Origin: Alphaproteobacteria bacterium
Lineage (GTDB): Bacteria > Pseudomonadota > Alphaproteobacteria > GCA-2746255
Reading direction: 5' to 3'
Length of the DNA: 64,000 nt
Assembly (NCBI GenBank): GCA_965249135.1
Contig: OZ252220.1
Span: 1,056,001 to 1,120,000 of the forward strand
Below are positions 57,201-64,000 of this stretch, one piece after another. Positions within the stretch are counted from its first letter, which is position 1; every line of letters starts with the position of its first letter. A model generated the notes under the pieces. The model had not been told where the DNA came from, made no database searches, and was given only the letters and a program-made list of their open reading frames with translations. Made by a program: the position numbers and the translations under genes.

Positions 57201-59857
57201 CACAAGCGCACGAACTCGGCAAAGCCCTCGTAGGTTTTCTTCACGTCGTAGGAGACGCTTTGCAGCTCCTTGCGGAACAGTTTCGCGCGTGCCGATTTTC
57301 CCTTCCATTGCTGCGAGATCTCCGGGATCCGGCTATCGAGCAGATGGGCGAACTCGTGGGCCGCGACCTCTATGTCGTTCATGTTCTTGAGGCGCACCTC
57401 TTCGACGTTGTGGCGGAAGAAGCCAAGACGTTTGCCGCCCTTGACCCGACCCTGGTAGAGGGGCACGCCGAGCGCCTTGGTGAGTTTGCGGAGGATCGCC
57501 TCGCGCCGCAGCGGTTCCTTCTTCTGCGGACCATTGGCGATCTCGCGGATCTTCGCCGCCAGGCCTGCAAGCGCGGCGTCGCCGGCCGGACTCTGGATGA
57601 CCTCGCCCGGCATATCTCCAACCATGCCGACGTATCGCGTGCCCGCCTCCATCCCACTCGTCCCGGTTCGGCTCGCTGCCGTGTCAGTCAGCGTGTCCCC
57701 GCCTTCCGACACGCCAAGGTCGATCTCCAGATTCATAATCTTCTCGATCTCCCGGTTGGTAAGAGTCTCCATGTCGATGCCGGAGCGGAAAAGCGCCTCG
57801 TCGAGATCCCGCATCATCGCGTGGCGCTGGACAAGCATCTCATCCTTCGGGTGGGTGAGCTGCGCTTGGCCGGTGAAGTCGCCCCGCAGCGCCTCCAGGA
57901 ACTCGCGCGCGCTCGGCGGTCCTTCCTGGTGCATGGGAAAGAACCCCTCTTCCCAGGCTCGCTCGGCCGCTTCCTCGAAGGTGCGCCCCTTCTTGCTGAC
58001 CAAGCCTGGCCGGGTCGTGGATGAGACGCCCATCGTTGCCAACTCGCCGGATTCCTCACGAATCCCGCCTTCCTTGACAAGGAACCGCGTGAGCGTCTGC
58101 GGTTGCTTCGGCATCGCGCCCTTGCCGCGCATCAGATTTAGGGCTTCTTCAAGATGGGGGTTGCCAGCCGGTTCCTGGATGACGGGTGTCTTGGGTTCTG
58201 CGCCTGCTTCTTCTTCCGTCGTCTCTTTGGGCACCGCAACTGGCTCAAGTTTTTGTGCATTTTCTAGGTTGAGGCGGCGCACAACCTCTTCTGCATTGAC
58301 CGGCGCGTGCGCAAAAGGCTCGACGATATGCGAAGGATCGTTCTTATCGCGTCCAGTGGTAGTCGTGAAATTACCGGCTTTATCGACCTTTCCGACTGTG
58401 GTGAAGGATCCATCTTCAGCGATGAAAGTGTCGCCAACAGAAATGTCTGAGGCGGAGAAATTGCCGACTTTTCCAGAGCGATTTAATCTAGCTGCTTCCC
58501 CGCCTCTCCAAAATTCCCCTTCTGCGGCCTCTGGCTGAGCGGTCGTTTGCGTGGTTTCGCCTTCCTGTGGTTCCGGACCGCCGCCGTCGGCAGGCGTTTC
58601 ACCACCTGGCTCATCATGTCCGGTGCGAACCGGGCCGCGCACCTTGAAGCCGAGCATTGCGGCGAAAACGCTGAACATGAAGCCAATCGTCACCCCGATG
58701 CCGGTGCTTTCGGCCGCCGGTTTGAGCAGCTCACGCTCCGGGTCGTAGAGCTTCTGTGCAATCGCCCAATCCATGACCGACTGGAAGAGCTCCTGGGCTC
58801 CTTCCTCAGCCCCGCCCTTAAGGCCCTCCTTGATGACCTTCCGAAGCGTTCCGCCGGTCGCCTTGTCGTAGCGATCAAGAAGCCGTGCGATCGGCGCACC
58901 TTCGGAAAGACCGACCACCGCTCCGAGCTTCGAGGCCTCGTAGGCGGTTTCCAGATCCGCGCCGCTGTGAACCGCATCCTCGAACTGTGAGGTCGCCTGG
59001 GCCGACGCGCCGAGCGTGGCCGCCGAAGCACCTGCGACCATCATGCCGGGCCCGGCCAGGATACGGCCGACGATACCGGCGGCGGCGAAGCCAGCGGTTG
59101 ATCCAACGCCGCGCATGAGCTTGTGGCTGATCGTCTCTTCGGCTTCCGGGTCCGTCGGGATCGCTTCCCGGGTCGCCTCCTGCATCTGCTCGCCGAATTG
59201 GTAGAGGAAATTGTCCTCCGGGCGGCGCGGATCTCCGAGGCCTTCGCGGATCTTCACCCGCGCTTCCGGCGTGGCTTGCTGGTAGCGGTGGACCGTCGCG
59301 GAATTCACCATCGGCAAACCGAAGGGGCTCACCTGCTCGCCTGCGTCGATCTTGTCGAGGGCCCCGAGGATCCGCGTGTCGCCCGCCTCGATAGCGATTG
59401 CGATGGACTTCGGCACACTGGCGACGACATCGACGGCCGACTGCGCGGCGGCGGCCAGCGCGCTCGGGATGTTGGGGCGGACTTGGTTGATCTCGAGCTC
59501 GGCCTGCTCCTTCGTTACCCCCTCGTAATCCGGGTTCTTGCCGGTGAGGGCGATGTAGCGAGCCTTCCATTGCCGCTCGGCGGCTCCATCCTCATCGTGC
59601 ACGACACCGCTAAAGGCGTTCTCGCCCTCGACGTAAGATTGGAACTCTGCGCCCGGACGATGCCACTCCAGCGGCTTTAATTCTGTTTTCGGTGTGAACA
59701 CGTCCTCGGTTGGGATGGGAGCCGCCTCGGGAGCGGCCACCGGAGCAGGCGACATGGTCGCCTCGCCCTCAAAAACCTCGTCCATCGAGAGCAGCTCCTC
59801 ATCCGGCTGAGTGGCCGGGGAGCCGAAAACCTCCTCCATGCTGAGAAGATCCGCCAT
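54278..59857 (-). CDS. large polyvalent DNA-injection protein (1859 aa, LPD38-like C-terminus)
   Basis: EEGAQE, AAHEFAHLLD, FEMATRLGEY, DFGMRG, YPKIWEIG. Confidence 0.82.
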   Translation of the reverse strand: MADLLSMEEVFGSPATQPDEELLSMDEVFEGEATMSPAPVAAPEAAPIPTEDVFTPKTELKPLEWHRPGAEFQSYVEGENAFSGVVHDEDGAAERQWKARYIALTGKNPDYEGVTKEQAELEINQVRPNIPSALAAAAQSAVDVVASVPKSIAIAIEAGDTRILGALDKIDAGEQVSPFGLPMVNSATVHRYQQATPEARVKIREGLGDPRRPEDNFLYQFGEQMQEATREAIPTDPEAEETISHKLMRGVGSTAGFAAAGIVGRILAGPGMMVAGASAATLGASAQATSQFEDAVHSGADLETAYEASKLGAVVGLSEGAPIARLLDRYDKATGGTLRKVIKEGLKGGAEEGAQELFQSVMDWAIAQKLYDPERELLKPAAESTGIGVTIGFMFSVFAAMLGFKVRGPVRTGHDEPGGETPADGGGPEPQEGETTQTTAQPEAAEGEFWRGGEAARLNRSGKVGNFSASDISVGDTFIAEDGSFTTVGKVDKAGNFTTTTGRDKNDPSHIVEPFAHAPVNAEEVVRRLNLENAQKLEPVAVPKETTEEEAGAEPKTPVIQEPAGNPHLEEALNLMRGKGAMPKQPQTLTRFLVKEGGIREESGELATMGVSSTTRPGLVSKKGRTFEEAAERAWEEGFFPMHQEGPPSAREFLEALRGDFTGQAQLTHPKDEMLVQRHAMMRDLDEALFRSGIDMETLTNREIEKIMNLEIDLGVSEGGDTLTDTAASRTGTSGMEAGTRYVGMVGDMPGEVIQSPAGDAALAGLAAKIREIANGPQKKEPLRREAILRKLTKALGVPLYQGRVKGGKRLGFFRHNVEEVRLKNMNDIEVAAHEFAHLLDSRIPEISQQWKGKSARAKLFRKELQSVSYDVKKTYEGFAEFVRLWSTQRDKARAAAPNFYAWFEDFIGKSEYGPALRESQADMHDWFAQDLATRGKSKIGDGGEMNAALDSIWERFRQGVTDDLDGWLKMETALTGSTSWDGMYKTARLTRGKHTVVEGAIKYGIPVTQEDGSIRFEGKGLMELLEPVGEQLDDYLAYAVAKRADYLRGQGRERLFTPGEIKAMQDVTREQRELFDGVLKDYQAFNKGILDFAQARGVINPAKRKEWETDVYIPFNRVSKTAPTGKAKGTPGDWTGIKMLTGGTGNLRDVLGNMVQNVSMLIDAALTNEARQKAAEVLQKKGGARFMARIPKDSRKLSVTTQSIEQTIMDTLGIPPTAARLMRAKGGVRLAGLPEGIEELLDALERQGPLVEFWAHNQKPSGENVVAVMFNGETTFFEVYDDLVLRSFHALNRPAKHWIVKWLAVPKRIGQATITLTIDFMAANIARDTLMGTIFSKFGFRFALDSWKGLKSRVLEDPLYKEAIANGVGFSSYLVDEDSARRELNRMTREFYGKKGIDWKMVLDTPDRLFLALERFANAFEMATRLGEYGRARAAGAHPKEAAYAAREVSTDFGMRGDSLAIGFFYDTIIFLKAAVNGIDRGYRGLFKDPNRRQIAFRTGMLALLSMGLYAINRGNPLYDDLEDWRKDLYWHFFIPTEEAITAWATGQDLPPLDERYEHFQYPKIWEIGAVASAAERALEGILDAEPVEAAKHMARVIAEVFRMEYIPAAFAPLYELAINENRFSDRPIESEAMKDLEPWARSGPYGSEMLRRLGETMRDWPGAAQLSPAQFESLIRGYFHTWGMYGLTLLDVALFDDMPEMRLDQYPLIRRFYRQHPGGHSKYVTKVYELIGEATKARRTLRHMDKTYRPDIADDIENKRENLLYGQLSRAEKQLRAINQDMARVLYARDIEPLQELARERAKISTKRGYEDRLRRSGAWYDMSKLKRALRDDLIVEQHRYAKDVIEDIEKQKEPAK

Positions 59858-59861
59858 CAGC

Positions 59862-60914
59862 TCACGGCCTCCGCCAGGCCTTTCCGGTCCAGATCAGCAC
59901 GCCCTTCGGCGTCGAGTAGGCCGCGCCCTTCTTCAGCTTCGCCGTGTCCGGCCTGCCTTCCTTGGTGGTCGGCACCTGATCGACGCGGTTCGTCCCGTAG
60001 ACTTGGCCCGCGAATTTCGAGTAACCGTCGTCCGATCCCACTTTGCGGTTGAGAGCGGACGTCACCGCCTTTTGCAGGAGCGGATCGTAGTCCTGGTTGT
60101 CGCGCCCGGTCGCCGTGGCGGCGCTGGTGCGCCGCGTGATCTCGTCCTTCAAGGTCTCGTCGTCATCGAGGCCTGCGGCCACCCGGTTCACGTATTCCCG
60201 CGCCGCGTCGATCTCGGCGTTGTTCGCCTCCTGGGCCGGGGTCAGCCCGCCGCCTTCCTTAGGATTCCAGCGGGGGCCACGGCTCTGCTCGATCCACCGG
60301 CCGGTGCCGGGGTCGTACTGCTTCTTGACTTCTTCGGTGCCCTCGTAGAAGGACTCGAGCTGCGGCTTTTTCGCTGCGGATCCGCGCAGCATCGACTCCG
60401 CGCCGCGCTCCGGGAAAGCCTCGAAGAGAAGCCCCGCAAGCTCCGGGGGCATGTCGGCGAGTGGTCCGCGAACCCCTGCTCCGGGGCCCCCGCCGGTCGC
60501 ACCCCGGAGTGCATAGGGATCCGCACCGGAATCCAAAGGCCCAACCGGGCCGCCACGGCCTTCCCCCAACCGATCCGCGATCGCCTTCCTGGCCGCCGCC
60601 GCTTTGGCTTTGGCCTCCATCGCCTGCATCCAGGCCAGTTGCCGCATCCGGGCAGAGCCGCCCGCTGCGCGCGTGTAGTCGCGTCGGGCCCCCGCGCTCA
60701 TAAGATCCGAGGCCTTCTCGGCACCCTTGCCTACGACGCCGAGAAAATCGCCTGCGGCCGGGTCGAAGGAAGGCGCGCCCGCCGACATCATGCCGAGGCC
60801 CTGCGAGAGCAGCCAGTCGTTGATGCTCGGCTGTTGATCGAAGAGCGGGCCGGTCTGCGGCCAGTTGATGTCCGTGCCGTCCCAGGGGCTCCGCCTTTTT
60901 GCGATTGTCGTCAT
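59862..60914 (-). CDS. DNA-transfer (pilot) protein
   Basis: GGAGG RBS; GLGMMSAGAPS; syntenic with 14644-15704. Confidence 0.7.
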   Translation of the reverse strand: MTTIAKRRSPWDGTDINWPQTGPLFDQQPSINDWLLSQGLGMMSAGAPSFDPAAGDFLGVVGKGAEKASDLMSAGARRDYTRAAGGSARMRQLAWMQAMEAKAKAAAARKAIADRLGEGRGGPVGPLDSGADPYALRGATGGGPGAGVRGPLADMPPELAGLLFEAFPERGAESMLRGSAAKKPQLESFYEGTEEVKKQYDPGTGRWIEQSRGPRWNPKEGGGLTPAQEANNAEIDAAREYVNRVAAGLDDDETLKDEITRRTSAATATGRDNQDYDPLLQKAVTSALNRKVGSDDGYSKFAGQVYGTNRVDQVPTTKEGRPDTAKLKKGAAYSTPKGVLIWTGKAWRRP

Positions 60915-60931
60915 CCTGCCCTCCTAAAAAA

Positions 60932-61843
60932 TCATCTGAAGATGTTGCCGAAGCGAAGCCCGCCGAGCGCGCTAAGGCCCAAGCCAAGCAGTTGCGAGCC
61001 GCTGTTCGAGTAGATTGGGCGGCTCGTCGTCGTCTCCTGGGTGCCGCCGTAATTGCCTTGGATGAGGCCCATGTATTGCGCGATCTTCGCGGCCGGGCTG
61101 GTCTGCTCGAAATTGTGCCGGGCCAGCGCCTCGTCGATCTCCTCGCCGGACTTGGCCTCCTTCGCCATGCCGACGCTCGCCAGCTTTGAGAGCTCGCCGT
61201 AATCCGTCTCCGCCAGGCTCGGCGCGAAGAGGGCGGATTTCAGCATGTTCTCCCGCTCATCGGCGTAGTTGCGGTAGGAGAGCTCGCCCGCCTTCTCGGT
61301 CAGGTTCTCGCCCAGGCGATCAAGGGCGAGGTCGCGCTGGTTCTTGTGCAGCCCGGATCCGTAGCGCCCGGCTTTCGAGAATCCGCTGTCGATACCTGGC
61401 ATGATCTCTTCGTTGAAGCTGCGGATGACCGGATTCGCTGCCCGCTCATAAGCCGCCTGGATGTGCGGGTTGCCCGCGTCGAGATAGGCCCCGCTGGTGC
61501 TGTCGAAGAGCAGGCCCTTCGCCGCCTCGTTGAGCGGGGATCCCGCTCTGGCGCGCGCCGCCGTTCCGGCCAAGGCCTCCTCCGATTCGGCGGAATAGGG
61601 AACCGTGAGCGCGCCGCTGAAGAACTCGGGCCGCGAGGAATCATACTCGGAGCGGGCCTGCTCGAACCCGTATTTCAGGAAAGGCTTTTGTTCCGCCCAC
61701 GGCTCGGCCTTCGTCGTTTGCGTGACGTCGTTGCTGCCAGACGGCCCGCCTTTCGCCTGGGTGACTGGGCCGTCGTATTCGTACCACTCGCCCTCGATCA
61801 GGTTGCCGTCGATGTCGTGCACGGTCTTGGTCCAGACGCGCAT
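60932..61843 (-). CDS. DNA-transfer / internal virion protein
   Basis: EPWAEQKPFL, GNPH, AGRYGSG; paralogue of 15714-16544. Confidence 0.75.
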   Translation of the reverse strand: MRVWTKTVHDIDGNLIEGEWYEYDGPVTQAKGGPSGSNDVTQTTKAEPWAEQKPFLKYGFEQARSEYDSSRPEFFSGALTVPYSAESEEALAGTAARARAGSPLNEAAKGLLFDSTSGAYLDAGNPHIQAAYERAANPVIRSFNEEIMPGIDSGFSKAGRYGSGLHKNQRDLALDRLGENLTEKAGELSYRNYADERENMLKSALFAPSLAETDYGELSKLASVGMAKEAKSGEEIDEALARHNFEQTSPAAKIAQYMGLIQGNYGGTQETTTSRPIYSNSGSQLLGLGLSALGGLRFGNIFR

Positions 61844-61844
61844 G

Positions 61845-62339
61845 TCAGAGCTCCTTTCTTACGAGCGTCGAGGTCACTTTCCACTGCTCGCCCATCACCT
61901 TCAGCCAGCCCTTGCGGGCGTAGCTCTCCAGAATCGTGCAGCCTTGGGCCTTCGCCCACTCGCCGAGATAGTCCTCGAAGTGCAGCCACTTCTTCCGGTC
62001 CTTGCCGTTGACCATGAAGATCAGGCAGGCTTTCGTTTGCGGGTAGGCGATGATCTGCGTGATGACGAAGCCCACATAGTCGCCGCCCTGGTGCAGCACC
62101 CAAAGCTGCAGCGTCTTGTCGAGCACCGCCTTCAGCACGTCCCGGTTCGTCCATGTGCCGTCCATCTGCGCGCATACCTCGATCACGCCAGCCTCGACGA
62201 AGCGCCATACGCGCGGCACATCCACCCGCGAGATGCCGGAGATCTGGAGCTCGTCCTCCGGTGGGGAGGCCCCCTGCTCGGGTGCTTCCTCGGCCTCAGC
62301 CGATGACGCAGATGCTAAAGGTTCGGTCTGCTTGTGCAT
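61845..62339 (-). CDS. phage GNAT-like protein
   Basis: LQLWV..ITQIIAYP..WAKAQGC..ARKGWLK; start uncertain. Confidence 0.7.
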   Translation of the reverse strand: MHKQTEPLASASSAEAEEAPEQGASPPEDELQISGISRVDVPRVWRFVEAGVIEVCAQMDGTWTNRDVLKAVLDKTLQLWVLHQGGDYVGFVITQIIAYPQTKACLIFMVNGKDRKKWLHFEDYLGEWAKAQGCTILESYARKGWLKVMGEQWKVTSTLVRKEL

Positions 62340-62652
62340 TGTTCGCGTGCGTGATGGTGAAAGTTTGCTTGCCTCGAGAGCTGATATACATGCCGCCCGC
62401 CGCCAGCTCCGCAGCGGCGTTGGCGGTGAGCGGCGTGAAGGTGATCGTGCTGTTCGGCCCGGCGCAAAGATCCGCGACGACGGTTGTCGCCTGGCTCGCG
62501 GTGAGCGTAATCTCATCGCAGACGTTGAGACCGCCGCGTATGATCCGGTTGATGGCCTCGGCGAGCTGGCGGCGGTGCAGCCTTCCGCTCGGTCCATAGA
62601 GCGGAGCCTCGGGGAAGCCGCGTTCGCTGGCGCGTGGGGAGACGACGGCCAT
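62296..62652 (-). CDS. small tail-associated protein
   Basis: MAVVSPR..PLTANAAAEL..ITHANNAQADRTF. Confidence 0.75.
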   Translation of the reverse strand: MAVVSPRASERGFPEAPLYGPSGRLHRRQLAEAINRIIRGGLNVCDEITLTASQATTVVADLCAGPNSTITFTPLTANAAAELAAGGMYISSRGKQTFTITHANNAQADRTFSICVIG

Positions 62653-64000
62653 CAGAACTCTCCCGACTGTTCGGCATCCACCTCGACGCCTAGCGCATCG
62701 TCGAAGCCGCCCGTGACGTTGAGCCGGAAGCGGTGATAGCGGTCTTCGCTGATCACCGGGAAATCGCCGTTCGCCTCCATCGCCACGGCGCCCTCCCAGA
62801 TCACATCCTCGTTCAGCGTCTTGCGGTGCCCGACCTGGGCGGTGATCGTGGCGTTGCTGCCTTCCACCAGGCTGCGGATCTTGTTCACGATCGCGCAATA
62901 GCCAGGGAAGAACTGAGTCTCCTTCGTCTCCAGCGTCGCGCCCAGCGCCGTTCCCGTGAAGTAGCTGAGTTTCTTGTCCGTGCCGAAACCGGAAAGTAGC
63001 CGTGCGCCACCGGCCCACACCCGGCTATCCAGCGAGAAAGGGATGGCGTCGAGGCTGCTATAGAGCGAATCCAGCGAATCGAGATCCGTGCTCTTCGTGA
63101 AGTCGGCGAAGATGTATTCGATTTCGAGCGCCACCGGCCCCCACCTTCGCGTCGACCAGTTGTAGAGCAGAAGCTTATTCGGCGTGCCGTTCGTGTTGCC
63201 GACACCGGGATAGGCGATGATGACCAGCTTGTTCGAGGGGTCGATCGATATGACGACGCGATGCAGGAAATTCTGATCGAGGTCGTTGTAGAAGGTCTTG
63301 TCGACTTTGTTTGCGCCGATCGGATGGGTCTCGATGCCGTCAAACAGGTAGAAGCCGTCGTCGGCCAGGAAGAAAATGAAGCGGTCGAACCAGGCGACGC
63401 CGCCCTGGCAGGCCGCGCCCCGATTCGTGACGATTTCATCGAACTGGAAGATGAAGGGCGCGCCGACATAGGAAGCCCGCTGGATCGAGTGCTCTTGGAA
63501 GATGATCCCGTATTCGCCGCCGACGATCCGCTGGATCGCGCCGCCATTGCCCTCGAGATCCTGGAAGTCGCTTTGCGTAGCGGCCGAGGGGTCGAAGTCG
63601 GTCTCGTCGTTGATGCCGCACCACCATGCCCGGTTCGTTTGCAGGCCATCCGTCGCGTCGTTCGTATGGCCGAGCATGACGAAGTCCTTGATGACGGCGA
63701 TGCATTTCGCCTTCGGCTTCAGCGTCGAGGTAATCATGTCGGCGAAGTTGGCCCCGCCGAACGTGATGATCTGCACGGCATCGCCGAGCTGCGTGGCGAT
63801 CAGCTTCTCGCCCCATTTCGTGAAGTCCCAAAAGACATCGCTCGTGACCGTGTAGTTGCCGACCTTCGAGACGTCCGAGAAGGTGGCGCTGGTGAGTCCG
63901 TAGAGCTTCGTTGCATCGCCCGCGTAGGTGTAGATGACGCCGTTCTTGTCCTTGACCGAGATCGCGCCCTGGTTCCGCGCCGTGAGCGCGTTCGAGTAGA
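62652..64000 (-). CDS. tail hub / packaged-DNA stabilisation protein (5' end outside window)
   Basis: Frame stays open to the window edge; LKPKA, TNDATDG, FSLDSRVW shared with 17426-18898. Confidence 0.8.
   Translation of the reverse strand, partial: YSNALTARNQGAISVKDKNGVIYTYAGDATKLYGLTSATFSDVSKVGNYTVTSDVFWDFTKWGEKLIATQLGDAVQIITFGGANFADMITSTLKPKAKCIAVIKDFVMLGHTNDATDGLQTNRAWWCGINDETDFDPSAATQSDFQDLEGNGGAIQRIVGGEYGIIFQEHSIQRASYVGAPFIFQFDEIVTNRGAACQGGVAWFDRFIFFLADDGFYLFDGIETHPIGANKVDKTFYNDLDQNFLHRVVISIDPSNKLVIIAYPGVGNTNGTPNKLLLYNWSTRRWGPVALEIEYIFADFTKSTDLDSLDSLYSSLDAIPFSLDSRVWAGGARLLSGFGTDKKLSYFTGTALGATLETKETQFFPGYCAIVNKIRSLVEGSNATITAQVGHRKTLNEDVIWEGAVAMEANGDFPVISEDRYHRFRLNVTGGFDDALGVEVDAEQSGEF

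Overview
GC-rich alphaproteobacterial-type chromosome window with three parts. (1) 1-27440: a degraded prophage block. It holds xis/tyrosine integrase (catalytic Arg replaced by Cys), tRNA 3' fragments and an AT-rich island (2226-6170) of IS1595-type inverted-repeat ends with cargo and gene fragments. A minus-strand podovirus-like module follows (holin, lysozyme, Gly-rich adhesin, tail fibre, three DNA-injection proteins, adaptor, major capsid, scaffold, 5'-truncated portal), interrupted by a RosmerTA-like two-gene cassette. (2) 27440-47853: host genes (egtD, egtB, GST, Sel1 protein, dihydroorotase, sensor kinase, asnB, glycosyltransferase, ygfZ, ppdK, glyS, glyQ, tRNA methyltransferase, ispB) ending at tRNA-Pro(CGG). 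(3) 47854-64000: a second island built from the same IS1595-type ends, then the lysis/tail/injection module of a second, syntenic prophage. The most unusual feature is a set of 14 transposase-less IS1595-type ends, arranged three times as 'mini-element + cargo + extra end'. One such cassette (47937-49486) is flanked by the 8-bp direct repeat CAATTAAA and carries a LexA-box-preceded dCTP-deaminase-fold protein that lacks the catalytic Glu and has a coiled coil plus TM helix. It ends in three identical 347-bp units joined end to end by the same 8-mer. Near-identical 135-278 bp segments are shared between the two prophage blocks, two of them starting exactly at an element end. All family assignments come from motif recognition by eye; no database search was run.
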